A program made the translations under genes and the position numbers. From a virus (taxonomy: Duplodnaviria > Caudoviricetes), in the IMG/VR virus record IMGVR_UViG_3300037470_000141, positions 1 to 42,042 of that record: a stretch of 42,042 nt of DNA; one strand, 5' to 3'. Below the pieces are notes generated by a model that was not told the origin of the DNA, made no database searches, and saw only the letters and a program-made list of their open reading frames with translations. Shown here one piece after another: positions 16,688-26,277 of this stretch (its first letter is position 1; each line of letters begins with the position of its first letter).

Positions 16688-18183
16688 AACTCGGCACCGA
16701 CCCCAAGCTCCCGAACTACTGCCGGCCCGAATACCTGGCGGTGCTCCGGGACCTCAAGCTGATCTCCGACGAGATCGGCGGCACGCGCACGATGCACGAG
16801 GCGAGCGTCGAGTATATCCGCAAGTGGACCGCCGAGAAGCCGGGCAACTACAAGATCCGCCGAATGTGCGAGACGTTCTTCGAGGGGCTCGGTCGTACGC
16901 TTTCTGCTGCGATCGGGATGCTGTACGCCAAGCCGCCCGAGATCGATTGGAACGCGGCCGAGGAGCAAATGGCCGATCATTGGGCGAACATCGACGCGGC
17001 GGGCACGGCCGGCATCGTGTTCGCGAAACGCTTCTCCGAGGCTGCGATCCGTGACGGGCTGGCCGTCGGCATCGTCGACCACCCGACCGTGCCGGATGAC
17101 GTCGAGGTCACGTCCGAGATCGAGCGCACGATGAACCTCCGGCCGGTCTGGTCGCTCCGGACCCGGAGCCAGGCGATCAGTTGGCGCACGGACGTCGTGA
17201 ACAACCGGCGCACCCTCACACAGATCGTGTTTCACGAGCCAGCCCAGGTCGACGACGGAGAGTACGGCGTCGAGCAGCGCGACAGGTTCCGCGTGCTTCG
17301 GCTGATCGGTAGCCTGGCCACATGGACGGTGTACGAGATGAACGTCCAGGGGGCCGAGCAGTTCAGCGTAATCGGGTCGGGCGTGTTCACGAACCGGACC
17401 GGCGCGCCCGCCGACTTCTTGCCGATCGCGATCGCCTACACGGGGCGCTCGGACGAGCCGATGGTGGCGAAGATTCCGCTGCTCGGCGTCGCGTGGGCCA
17501 ACCTCTCACACTGGCAGATCGCGACCGATCTCCGGTTCAATACCGCCGTCGCCGGGTTCGCGCAGCCGACCGTGATCGGTGAGCTTGCGAAGGACGCCAA
17601 GGGTGTGCCGGTGCCGCTGGAGATCGGCCCGCTCGTTTCCGTCCACGTCCAGGAGGGCGGCGACTTCAAGTGGTCCGAACCCCAGGGCACGGGCCTTGAA
17701 CGCCAGTCGCTGCTCGTGGTCGAGAAGCTCCGTGAGATGGCGGCGCTCGGGCTCAGCTTCCTCCAACGTGACAGCCGGGCGGCCGAGACAGCCGAAGCCA
17801 AGCGCCTCGACGCATCGGCCGAAAACTCGACGCTCGCGACCGCCGGCCAAGGCATCGCGGACGCGCTCAACGAGATGCTCTCGATGCACTGGTGGTTCAT
17901 GGGTGGCGAGGAGAAAGGCGCTCCCATGCTCACGCTGAATGCCGAGTATGAAGACACGTCCATGCAGGCCGACCTGCTGACGGCGTACGTCCGGGCGATC
18001 GCCGACGCGGGGCTCCCGCCGAGGCTGCTCGTCCAGGCGATGCAGCGTGGTAACCTACTCGGTGGCGACGAGGACGTGGACGAGATCGTGCTGGAGATGA
18101 TGGCGAACCAGGCGGCGATCGAGGCGGAACGCGAGGCCGAGCGTGAGGCGCGGATGGCGACGGACGGGAACGCAGCAGCGTGA
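16684..18183 (+). CDS. Portal protein (DUF4055-like)
   Basis: 499 aa; position after terL; PLLGVAWANLSHWQ..DL, ETAEAKRLD...STL. Confidence 0.88.
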   Translation: MKLGTDPKLPNYCRPEYLAVLRDLKLISDEIGGTRTMHEASVEYIRKWTAEKPGNYKIRRMCETFFEGLGRTLSAAIGMLYAKPPEIDWNAAEEQMADHWANIDAAGTAGIVFAKRFSEAAIRDGLAVGIVDHPTVPDDVEVTSEIERTMNLRPVWSLRTRSQAISWRTDVVNNRRTLTQIVFHEPAQVDDGEYGVEQRDRFRVLRLIGSLATWTVYEMNVQGAEQFSVIGSGVFTNRTGAPADFLPIAIAYTGRSDEPMVAKIPLLGVAWANLSHWQIATDLRFNTAVAGFAQPTVIGELAKDAKGVPVPLEIGPLVSVHVQEGGDFKWSEPQGTGLERQSLLVVEKLREMAALGLSFLQRDSRAAETAEAKRLDASAENSTLATAGQGIADALNEMLSMHWWFMGGEEKGAPMLTLNAEYEDTSMQADLLTAYVRAIADAGLPPRLLVQAMQRGNLLGGDEDVDEIVLEMMANQAAIEAEREAEREARMATDGNAAA

Positions 18184-19196
18184 GCCCCGCCGAGCTCGCC
18201 CTGCTGGACCGCGTGCGCCGCCGGAGCGCATCCATGCAGCCCGACGCGGTGTCGAGGCTGCTTCGGCTCTACCGCCTGATCCGTGACACGATGACGGAGG
18301 GCGAGTTGGCGTGGGCGATCAGGACGGGCGCGATCGACCGGCTGCTGTCCGACGAGGCACTCGAAGCGCCGCTCGCCGAGTTCCGGCAATGGCTCGACGT
18401 GGAGACGCTACGCTCCGCGGATGCGTGGGCGAAGCACCTACCGCACAGCCTACGCGGCACGTTCGGCTACCTGAACCCGTTCGTCGTGGATGCCGTTCGG
18501 GGGCTCGACCGCGCGGTGACGACGCGCATTGCGGCCGAGGTCAGGGAGACGGTACGCCAGGCGATCGAGGACGGGCTGGTTGCCGGCGAAGGTCCGCGCA
18601 CGACCGCCCGCCGGATCCGTGAGCAGATCGGACTGTCACCGCGCCAGGCGCACGCGGTCGAGCGGTTCCGGGGCGAGCTGGTGACGGGCGACCGCAGCGC
18701 GCTTTCCCGTGTCCTCGGCCGGGGCGCGATCAGGTTGCCCGACGGCTCGACGATCACGCGCGAGCACCACGCGGGCGGCCGAGGGCTCGGCAAGCGGGAC
18801 CTGGCCATGCTCAACCGGACGCTCGGTGACAAGCCGCTCACCCCTGAGCAGGTAGAGCGCATGGTCGAAGCGTATCGGAAGCGGTTGCTCGCGCTCAACA
18901 CCGAAGGCCACGCTCGGAGCATCGCGCTCGACGCGAACCGGCTGGCGCAGCGGCTGTCATGGGAGGACGCGATCGAGCGCGGCATCGTCGTTCGCTCGCG
19001 GCTCCGCAGGACGTGGCTCGCGGTCGCTGGACCCCAGGGTGACGGACGCAACCGGCCGGAACACCTGGCCCTGCATGGCACGATGGTCGGATTCGATGAC
19101 CGCTACCCGAACGGCCAGTTGGTGCCGGGCGAGACGGACTTTCAGTGCCGCTGCGTGGAGCGCATCACGGTCGCGGCGGCCAGGATGGCAGCGTAA
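18180..19196 (+). CDS. Minor head protein, MuF/SPP1 gp7-like
   Basis: Position after portal; C-terminal RRTW...DGRNRPEH..LHG...FQCRC. Confidence 0.8.
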   Translation: MSPAELALLDRVRRRSASMQPDAVSRLLRLYRLIRDTMTEGELAWAIRTGAIDRLLSDEALEAPLAEFRQWLDVETLRSADAWAKHLPHSLRGTFGYLNPFVVDAVRGLDRAVTTRIAAEVRETVRQAIEDGLVAGEGPRTTARRIREQIGLSPRQAHAVERFRGELVTGDRSALSRVLGRGAIRLPDGSTITREHHAGGRGLGKRDLAMLNRTLGDKPLTPEQVERMVEAYRKRLLALNTEGHARSIALDANRLAQRLSWEDAIERGIVVRSRLRRTWLAVAGPQGDGRNRPEHLALHGTMVGFDDRYPNGQLVPGETDFQCRCVERITVAAARMAA

Positions 19197-19235
19197 CAAA
19201 CCGGGGCGCACGCCCCCGAAACAGGAGTAGGACCG

Positions 19236-19901
19236 ATGGCACTACCGAGCTTTGACAAACAGGCCGACATCCCGAAGGGCTTCGAGGCCGAGTACGAGGA
19301 AGTCGACGGCAAGTGGGTGCCGGTCGATCACGCAGCCAAGCTCAGCAAGGCGCTCGACGAGGAACGGAAGGCGCGCGAAGCGGCCGAGGCCGTCGCCAAG
19401 AAGGCGACCAAGGCCGCTGCCGACGCGGCCGCCGAGAAGCAGGCGAAGGCGGCCGGCATGACCGAGGACGAGCTCAAGAAGCTCTACGACAACATCGAGG
19501 CCAATCTCAGGAAGGAGTACGAGCCTAAGCTCGTGGAGCTCGAGTCCGCGACGAAGGAGAACCGCGAGCTCAAGCTGAACAACGTCATCAAGGGCATGTT
19601 CAGCGGAGCGGGCGCGGTCGCCTCACGGGTCGACGACTTCTGGAAGCTGCACGCCGAGGAGTTCGACTTGACCTCGGACGGCAAGCCCATGGTCAGGGAC
19701 GAGCCGGGCAAGGACGTGGCCAAGCACATCGCCGGCATCATGAAGAACCGCGCCGAGTGGGTGCAGGGCACGAAGGCGTCGGGCTCGGGCGCGGGCGGCT
19801 ATCAGTCCACGACCGCTACGCAGTCGAGCGGCCCGCTCACGTTCGACGATGTGGTGAAGAACCCGAGCGCGGCGCTCGCGGCAGCGAACGAGCGGGGTTG
19901 A
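19236..19901 (+). CDS. Capsid scaffold protein
   Basis: Coiled-coil (LSKALDEERKAR), ASGSGAGG near C-terminus; upstream of MCP. Confidence 0.8.
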   Translation: MALPSFDKQADIPKGFEAEYEEVDGKWVPVDHAAKLSKALDEERKAREAAEAVAKKATKAAADAAAEKQAKAAGMTEDELKKLYDNIEANLRKEYEPKLVELESATKENRELKLNNVIKGMFSGAGAVASRVDDFWKLHAEEFDLTSDGKPMVRDEPGKDVAKHIAGIMKNRAEWVQGTKASGSGAGGYQSTTATQSSGPLTFDDVVKNPSAALAAANERG

Positions 19902-19927
19902 CTTCGCAGTACCGAATGCGGTACCGT
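19898..19927 (+). promoter_or_regulatory. Putative sigma70 promoter for the capsid operon
   Basis: TTGACT-18 nt-TACCGT overlapping the scaffold stop. Confidence 0.45.
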
Positions 19928-19932
19928 AGCGT

Positions 19933-20111
19933 CAGGTTGGGTCCCGCACGTGGTAGCTTGACCGTGTAGGGTCGGGGGCGACCCCCGACAGGCAGGGCCG
20001 ATGGGCCGGAGCGATTCCGGCGCTGTGGTGGTGGAGCGATTCCACCGACAAGCGCACGAGAATCCCCGGCCCTTCGTATTTCGGTGGTGCTCCGGGGGGA
20101 ACCCAACCCTG
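19933..20111 (+). ncRNA. Structured RNA leader of the major capsid gene
   Basis: Closing helix GGTTGGGT/ACCCAACC; inner AGGGCCG/CGGCCCT; three hairpins with GCGAY loops. Confidence 0.65.
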
Positions 20112-20124
20112 GGGAGACACCGAG

Positions 20125-21087
20125 ATGGCCTCGATCACCCTGCTGGAAGCCGCCAAGATCGCCTTCGCAGGCGGCGAGACGAAGCGGGCCGGCATCATCA
20201 GCACGTTCGCCCGCGCCTCGGCATGGCTCGCGAACCTCCCGTTTCGCTCGATCCCCGGTAACTCGTACGCCTACAACCAAGAAGGCGTGCTGCCAGGCAT
20301 CGCGTTCCGCGGCATCAACGAGAGTTACACGGCCTCGGCGGGCGTCATCAACCCCGCAGCCGAAGCGCTGCGTGTGGCGGGCGGTGACCTGACGGTCGAT
20401 CCCGCGCTCGTGAAGATGTTCGGCTCCGAGGTGCGGACCACGCACGAGACGCTGAAGGCGAAGGCGCTCGCGGCTTCGATCACCACGAAGCTCATCAAGG
20501 GCGACTCGGAGAACGACCCGCGCGAGTTCGACGGGATCCAGAAGCGCATCATCGTCAGCTCGGGTAACGCGCAGCTCGTGAGCGCGGGCACGACCCAGGC
20601 AGGCGACGCGCTGTCCCTGTTCAAGCTCGATCAGCTGCTCGGCAAGGTCAGCGGCCCGGGCAAGCAGCTCTGGCTGAACAAGACGATGATCCAGCGCATC
20701 ACGCAGGCCGCCAGGAAGTCGACGGTCGGCGGTTTCGTGATGTGGACGCCGGACATGTTCGGTCGCCAGATCCCGACCTACAACGCGGTACCGTTGGTCG
20801 AGCCGTACCCGGAGAACGACGGCACGGAGCCGCTCGCGTTCGACGAGGAGGGCGACCTGCTCGGCTCGGGCGGCGGAACCTCCGCGACCTCGATCTACTG
20901 CGTGAGCCTGGGCGACGGCTACTACCAGGGCATCCAGAACGGCACGATGGAGGCCCGCGACTTGGGCGAGGACACCGACAGTCCGTTCCTCACGACGCGC
21001 GTCGAGTGGCTGATCAGCCAGGTCGTCGAGCACCCGCGCGCGATCGCCCGGTACGGCGGGATCAGCAACGCCGAAGTGGTGGCGTAG
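20125..21087 (+). CDS. Major capsid protein
   Basis: ITLLEAAK, LPFRSIPGNSYAYNQEG.LPGIAFRGINESY, IKGDS..DPREFDGI, TSIYCV; position. Confidence 0.9.
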   Translation: MASITLLEAAKIAFAGGETKRAGIISTFARASAWLANLPFRSIPGNSYAYNQEGVLPGIAFRGINESYTASAGVINPAAEALRVAGGDLTVDPALVKMFGSEVRTTHETLKAKALAASITTKLIKGDSENDPREFDGIQKRIIVSSGNAQLVSAGTTQAGDALSLFKLDQLLGKVSGPGKQLWLNKTMIQRITQAARKSTVGGFVMWTPDMFGRQIPTYNAVPLVEPYPENDGTEPLAFDEEGDLLGSGGGTSATSIYCVSLGDGYYQGIQNGTMEARDLGEDTDSPFLTTRVEWLISQVVEHPRAIARYGGISNAEVVA

Positions 21088-21091
21088 CACG

Positions 21092-21655
21092 ATGCCCAGC
21101 GACGCGACAGTCAGGGCGTTCGTCTCGACGGGGGACTACCGCGGCTTCTATCAAGACGTCGCGGTCAGGGTTGGCCTAGCGGGACTGGCCACGCCCCAGG
21201 GCAACGACGTCGCCGAGTATCTAGCCGACGGGCTCTGGATCCACGGAGATCTTGGGGTGCAGTCGACCCCAGAAGATTTCGAGACGCAGGCGACCGCCGT
21301 CTACTCGATCGGCGGCGTGATGTACACGAAGGCTGCGGCGGTCGTGACCGCGTTCTCGGCGGCCCACGTCGTCACGGCCGAGAAGTTCGGCTGTGTGCTG
21401 ATCCAAGTGGACGCCGCCGGCACGATCTCCACGCTGGTCGGGGAGTCTACGCAGACGACGGCGATGGCCTACGACACGGCGGCACTGGCGATCGCAGCTC
21501 TGCCGGCACCGACGGCCGACAATGTTGCGCTCGGCTACTTCCTGATCGAAGCCGACGCCGGCAACTGGACGGCGAACACCGACTCGATGACCGACGACCT
21601 GGAAGCAATCACGGTCGTGAACGCGGACGTGAAGACGCTGCCGGCTGAAGTCTAG
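21092..21655 (+). CDS. Putative capsid decoration protein
   Basis: Follows MCP; Ala/Thr-rich. Confidence 0.55.
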   Translation: MPSDATVRAFVSTGDYRGFYQDVAVRVGLAGLATPQGNDVAEYLADGLWIHGDLGVQSTPEDFETQATAVYSIGGVMYTKAAAVVTAFSAAHVVTAEKFGCVLIQVDAAGTISTLVGESTQTTAMAYDTAALAIAALPAPTADNVALGYFLIEADAGNWTANTDSMTDDLEAITVVNADVKTLPAEV

Positions 21656-21685
21656 ACACTCACCTCCCACGGGAGACCCAGGACA

Positions 21686-22135
21686 ATGGCAAGGAACCGG
21701 AAGGACCGCACCTACGACCACGCGCTCCTCTTGCACGACTCGGCATCGAGCATCTCCTCGTCCGCGGCCGGATTGGTTGGCGGTGCCGCCGCCATCCTCG
21801 ACCTGGGGCAGGGCCGGGTGGATGCGACGGTCGTAGTGGACGTGACCGCGCTCGACGTGGGAGCCGGCGACGAGGCGACGGTCTTCGCGCAGGTCTCAGA
21901 CGGCGGGCCAGACGACACGGCGTTCGAGGCCGGAAACTGGATCGCCGCGGGCGCTCTGATCCTGGGCGACGTGACGCTCAACGGCTCGAAGGCGGACAGC
22001 GTGGTCGGGCGGTACGAGCTGTCGTTCTCGAACGAGATCAACGGAACGATCTACCGCTACCTGCGCCTGTACCTGCTGGTCGCTGCGAGCGGCGCGCTCA
22101 CCTACACCGCGTTCGCGGTGCTGCCGCCGAGGTAG
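21686..22135 (+). CDS. Capsid cement protein, Bbp16-like
   Basis: ILDLG...VVVDVTA...YRYLRLY pattern; position. Confidence 0.65.
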   Translation: MARNRKDRTYDHALLLHDSASSISSSAAGLVGGAAAILDLGQGRVDATVVVDVTALDVGAGDEATVFAQVSDGGPDDTAFEAGNWIAAGALILGDVTLNGSKADSVVGRYELSFSNEINGTIYRYLRLYLLVAASGALTYTAFAVLPPR

Positions 22136-22428
22136 TGTCCATGCTCAAGACGGCCGAGGGCAAGTGGGTGCTGTTCGACCTGAAGACGGGGGAGCAGCGC
22201 GAGTTCTGGCCGATCGACGCGCGCGCGTTGCTCAAGGGCGGCTCACACGCCGCCGAGCCGCCCGAGGGCGTCGAGGCCGTGCCGCCGGTGCAGCCGCCCA
22301 AGCATGTCGGCGTACCAAAGGCTGCCGTCGCCAACGTGCACGAAGCCGTGCCGGCGTCGGAGCCCGACGAGGCCCCGGTGCCGGAGGCCGAGGAGCAGCC
22401 CAAGAAGGCCACGAAGAAGGGCGGGTAG
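22135..22428 (+). CDS. Small head-region protein
   Basis: PIDARALL plus Pro/Glu-rich tail. Confidence 0.55.
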   Translation: MSMLKTAEGKWVLFDLKTGEQREFWPIDARALLKGGSHAAEPPEGVEAVPPVQPPKHVGVPKAAVANVHEAVPASEPDEAPVPEAEEQPKKATKKGG

Positions 22429-22432
22429 GTGA

Positions 22433-22966
22433 GTGGCCGTCGCGATAGTCGCTACCGCCGGGGCTGCTAACGCGAACAGCTTCGGCACCGAGGCCGATTT
22501 CGCGACGTGGATCGACGAGCGCCTGAACGTAGACGCCTACACGACTGCGAGCGCGGACACCCGCCGTAGAGCACTCGTCCAGGCGACGCGTGAGCTTTCG
22601 GCGCTCTCGTGGATCGGCACCCCCGCGTCGGACACGCAGGCGCTCTCGTGGCCCAGGGACGACGCGATCAACCCGGACGTACCGGACGGTGTCGACGGGT
22701 TGCCCCAGGAGTACGACGACGACGAGATCCCAGCCAGGATCGAGCGCGCGACATTTGAGTTGGCGCTTCAGTTCCTCAAGGCCGGCACGACCGATCTGCT
22801 CGTCGAGGACCCCACGCTCCACCTGGTGCGCCGCAAGGTTGACGTGATCGAGATGGAATGGGCCGAGCCGCATCAGCGCGCGCGCGGGCTCGGTCGGTTC
22901 TACGCCGTGCTCCGCGAGATCGAGCCGTTGCTCGCGAGCGCCGGCAACGAGGTCGTGAGGTCGTAG
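22433..22966 (+). CDS. Head-tail adaptor (often annotated DnaT-like)
   Basis: ANSF.T.ADF, ALVQATR, QALSWPR, IP..IERATFELAL, KVDVIEMEW. Confidence 0.8.
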   Translation: MAVAIVATAGAANANSFGTEADFATWIDERLNVDAYTTASADTRRRALVQATRELSALSWIGTPASDTQALSWPRDDAINPDVPDGVDGLPQEYDDDEIPARIERATFELALQFLKAGTTDLLVEDPTLHLVRRKVDVIEMEWAEPHQRARGLGRFYAVLREIEPLLASAGNEVVRS

Positions 22967-23323
22967 ATGTACGAGACGATCCACGCCGACGTCGCTGCCG
23001 ATTTCGAGGAGTTCGGCGCGTCCGTCGAGTTCGTCACCGACGGCCGGACCTACAACCCTGCCACGGACACGTTCGGCGGTGTCTACCACCAGCCGGTGGC
23101 CGGGACCGCCATCTCGGTGAAGGGCGACCGGGAGCAGTACCGGGACCTCGGGCTCGTGGAGGCCAAGGCGCTCACGTTGCTGTTTCGTCCGGCGACGTTC
23201 GGAGAGAAGCCGCCGCTCGGCTCGTGCGTGACCTGGGCTGGCGTCGAGTACAACGTCAACGACGTCCTTCCGCTCGCGCCCGCCGGCGAGACGCTGATCG
23301 CGCGTGTGATCGTCAGCCGATGA
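22967..23323 (+). CDS. Head-tail joining/stopper protein
   Basis: Position; YNPAT and PLAPAG motifs. Confidence 0.7.
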   Translation: MYETIHADVAADFEEFGASVEFVTDGRTYNPATDTFGGVYHQPVAGTAISVKGDREQYRDLGLVEAKALTLLFRPATFGEKPPLGSCVTWAGVEYNVNDVLPLAPAGETLIARVIVSR

Positions 23324-23721
23324 GCTTCACCGACGAGGTGCGCGTGTTCGCGCTGAAGGTCGAGGTCAAGAGCAAGGACGTCATCACCGAGGCGGGCGTA
23401 GAGGTGCAGCGTTCGCTCGTCGAGGGCTCGGAGATCACGGGCGCGCCAGGCCAGCCGGTCGACACCGGCGCGCTCCGGGCGTCGTTTGTGCCCGAACGGC
23501 TCGGTGACTACGAGTGGCAGATCACGACGAACCTCGTCTACGCGCCGTCGGTCGAGGACGGCGTGCAGGCACCGTACGTGACGGCCCGCGGCACGACAGT
23601 CACGCCCCTGCCGATGCGGTTTCGTTCGGCGGTAGGTGGGGCGCACAGCCTCGCGCTGACCCGCGCCAGTTGGGAGAGCATCGTCGAGGTCGCCACGGAC
23701 AGGACCGCGGACCGTGGCTAG
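23320..23721 (+). CDS. Neck protein, HK97 gp10-like
   Basis: PVDTGALRAS, TNLVYAP.VE.G. Confidence 0.8.
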   Translation: MSFTDEVRVFALKVEVKSKDVITEAGVEVQRSLVEGSEITGAPGQPVDTGALRASFVPERLGDYEWQITTNLVYAPSVEDGVQAPYVTARGTTVTPLPMRFRSAVGGAHSLALTRASWESIVEVATDRTADRG

Positions 23722-24151
23722 CGCCAAGACGCGGCTCCTCGCGCTCAGAACCCGCGCGCTCGCCTCCGGCGTGGCCTTGGACGGCGCCTGGGAGGGCGTG
23801 ACATGGGAGCCGAGCCAGGGCGAGCCGTACATCGAGGAAGCATACGTGCCCGCCACGAACACCATAGAGACGTTCCCGGCCGACGGCGGGCAGGCTGAGG
23901 AGACGGGCATCTACGTGCTCCGGTTCTACGGGCCGGTCGGCAAAGGGCTGGAGCTCCGCGAGATGGTCGACGACGTCATGGCTCAGTTCACGCCGGGCAC
24001 GCCGATCACGATAGCCGACGGCTCAACACTGCGCGTGCGCGCCGACTTCGGCCCCTACTCGAGCGAGGCGCGCAGGCTCGACGGCGGCTGGCTCGCCATC
24101 ACGCTCATCGTCCCTTGGCTCGCCAGATCCACCAACACCGTAGCCGCATAG
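23714..24151 (+). CDS. Tail terminator-like protein
   Basis: Position; AWEG..WEP..GEPY, GIY....YGPVGKG. Confidence 0.7.
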   Translation: MASAKTRLLALRTRALASGVALDGAWEGVTWEPSQGEPYIEEAYVPATNTIETFPADGGQAEETGIYVLRFYGPVGKGLELREMVDDVMAQFTPGTPITIADGSTLRVRADFGPYSSEARRLDGGWLAITLIVPWLARSTNTVAA

Positions 24152-24161
24152 GAGTTATCTC

Positions 24162-25367
24162 ATGGCCGTCGCGAACCTCGCCAATATCCCGCTTCACATT
24201 AAGGTCCAGGCTGGGCTCGGCACGCCAGCGACCGGAGCCGGCGCCTCCGGCATCGAGGTCAGGCCGTCCCAGGGTCTTGCGATGCAGGTCGCGTCGATCG
24301 AGTCGCAGATGATCCAGACGACGCGGATGCGAAAGCGCCCGCGCCAGGGGTCGAGGCTCTCCAACACGGCGTACGAGACCGAACTGACGGTCGGCAGCTT
24401 GGACACCGTCATCGAGGCCGTGCTCGGTGGCACCTGGGCGGCGGCGCAGGATCTCGACGAGACCGACTGGGGCACGCTCACGATCACGGGAACGGGCGTC
24501 ACGTTGACCTTCGGGACCGGCTCGATCCTGACCGACGGCGTGCGGGCCGGCATGTGGGCTCGGCTCACCAACATGAGCGAGGCGGCGAACAACTCCGTCT
24601 GGTTCCCGATCCTGGAGACGACCGAGACGGTGATGACGGTTCCGTCCGGGATCCTCGTCGACAACGCGGAAGACGCGGCCTGGGACATCGAGGTCGCGAA
24701 GTCCGTGTACACTGCGGACCCCTACACGGACCGCTACTTCACGGTCGAGGAGTACCTGACCGACATCGACCGCTCGAAGCTCGGGAGCGATATGAAGTTC
24801 AACAGCTTGAACTTCTCCGCGCAGCCCGACCAGCATGTGACGGTCGGGTTCGGGCTGGTTGGGCGCGACCTCGAGCTTCTCGATACCGGCGACTCCCCGA
24901 CGTTCACGGCGCCGGTGTTCGTGGGTGGGCGGTCGTTGACCCTGCTCGACGGCGGGATCTACGTCAACGGCACGCTGCGCGCGAACCTGACCGGCTTCAC
25001 GTTCGGCCTCACCGCACCCGCCCAGGGCCTGCCGGTCCTCGACTCGGTGACGAGCCCCGACATCTTCCTCGGCCAATTCGCGCTTGCCGGCCAGTTCACG
25101 GGCGCTGTCGAGGACGGCACCGACTTCGACGCGTTCGACGCCGAGACCCAGATGTCGGTGGTGCTGCACTGCGCGGAGCAGGGCGGCACCGCGGCCGACT
25201 TCATCTCGTTCTACCTGCCAGACCTCGCGTTCGGCGGATGGGGCACCGGCATCGGTGGCGAGGGCGCGTTGATCCAGACGATCCCGCTGTACGGAGGTCT
25301 CGACGAGCGAGGCGAAGCGAGCGGGTACGCGCCTACGTCCGTGCTTGTCAGCACGTCGGCGGCGTAG
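24162..25367 (+). CDS. Major tail tube protein
   Basis: 401 aa, beta-rich; GGAG RBS; precedes chaperone and TMP. Confidence 0.85.
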   Translation: MAVANLANIPLHIKVQAGLGTPATGAGASGIEVRPSQGLAMQVASIESQMIQTTRMRKRPRQGSRLSNTAYETELTVGSLDTVIEAVLGGTWAAAQDLDETDWGTLTITGTGVTLTFGTGSILTDGVRAGMWARLTNMSEAANNSVWFPILETTETVMTVPSGILVDNAEDAAWDIEVAKSVYTADPYTDRYFTVEEYLTDIDRSKLGSDMKFNSLNFSAQPDQHVTVGFGLVGRDLELLDTGDSPTFTAPVFVGGRSLTLLDGGIYVNGTLRANLTGFTFGLTAPAQGLPVLDSVTSPDIFLGQFALAGQFTGAVEDGTDFDAFDAETQMSVVLHCAEQGGTAADFISFYLPDLAFGGWGTGIGGEGALIQTIPLYGGLDERGEASGYAPTSVLVSTSAA

Positions 25368-25370
25368 TGA

Positions 25371-25485
25371 CCCGGTGGCGCGCACGTCGTCGCCGGTCCG
25401 GACATCGCGGAACACCGTCCCTCGCTTCCGCCGTACCAGTGAGCCCTACGGGGCAAGCTGGACGTGCTGCGGCGGGACGAGGGAC
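25371..25485 (+). ncRNA. Structured intergenic RNA before the tail chaperone
   Basis: GTCCCTCG/CGAGGGAC, TTCCGCCG/CGGCGGGA, GCCC-TACG-GGGC, CCGGTGGCG/CGTCGCCGG. Confidence 0.5.
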
Positions 25486-25506
25486 CTTTACGGGAGCCAT
25501 GGCACG

Positions 25507-25923
25507 ATGGCCAGCATCAAGGACGTTGAAGCGGGGGTCGCTCAGCAGGAAAACGCGATCCCGATCACCATCCACCAACTCGACGGCGAGCCGTACCGCG
25601 CGCTCGACGGCACGCCCGCCACGATATCCGTGGTCGGCGAGGAATCCAAGCGCGTGCGCGCGTACGAGGAACAGCGCAGAGAGCGCGTCCGGCGTGGGCT
25701 CAGCGCGTTCGGTGCCGAGGCCGAGCACGAGGCACGCGTCGACCGAGCGGTTGCCGGGGTCGTCGACTGGCACGGCTGGGACGACGGGGAGAACGCGATC
25801 GAATGCACGCCCGCGAACGTGCGGGCTCTGTTGGCGGCGCCCGCCGCGGATCACGTGCTCCGTCAGGTCGAGCGCGGGATGGGCGCGCACGGCGTTTTTT
25901 CCAGGGCCTCCTCCGGCGATTGA
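25507..25923 (+). CDS. Tail assembly chaperone (gpG-like)
   Basis: Between tube and TMP; VVDWHGW...IECTPANVRALL. Confidence 0.8.
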   Translation: MASIKDVEAGVAQQENAIPITIHQLDGEPYRALDGTPATISVVGEESKRVRAYEEQRRERVRRGLSAFGAEAEHEARVDRAVAGVVDWHGWDDGENAIECTPANVRALLAAPAADHVLRQVERGMGAHGVFSRASSGD

Positions 25924-26276
25924 TCGAATGGGCAGGACACCAGGCCAGGCTCGATCGTCCCGTAGGGGGCGACCCGGAAGCGGGGAGCGTGCGCTCGCAC
26001 TTGGAGGCAGCGCTATCTCGGGGGAGCGAGGCTCAGCGCAGTCGGGCGGCTACGGAGCTCTCCGGCAAGACGCCGTTTCCGCACGAGCTTGCCTACCTGT
26101 ACGGGTGGGCGAGGGAGCTGCATCGCGCCCGGCCCCGACACCGGGGCATGCCCGCCCCGATCACCTACACGGATATGGACGCATGGGCCCGGCTGACGGG
26201 CCGTTCACCGGAGCCCAACGAGGTGGACGCCCTGCTCTGGATCACGTCGGTGATGGCGTTTCCGCCGGACGCGTGA
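25893..26276 (+). CDS. Tail assembly chaperone extension (gpT-like) via -1 frameshift
   Basis: GTTTTTTC at 25894-25901; -1 frame open to 26276; YLYGW.REL...PITYTDMDAWARLTG..P...EV. Confidence 0.75.
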   Translation, partial: RFFQGLLRRLIEWAGHQARLDRPVGGDPEAGSVRSHLEAALSRGSEAQRSRAATELSGKTPFPHELAYLYGWARELHRARPRHRGMPAPITYTDMDAWARLTGRSPEPNEVDALLWITSVMAFPPDA

Positions 26277-26277
26277 C

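Noticed and set aside
19203-19216. Hairpin GGGGC-GCAC-GCCCC before the scaffold RBS as a terminator
   Set aside because: Short stem and no U-tract; too weak to call
22433-22966. DnaT primosomal protein
   Set aside because: Position in the neck module indicates a head-tail adaptor despite the common annotation
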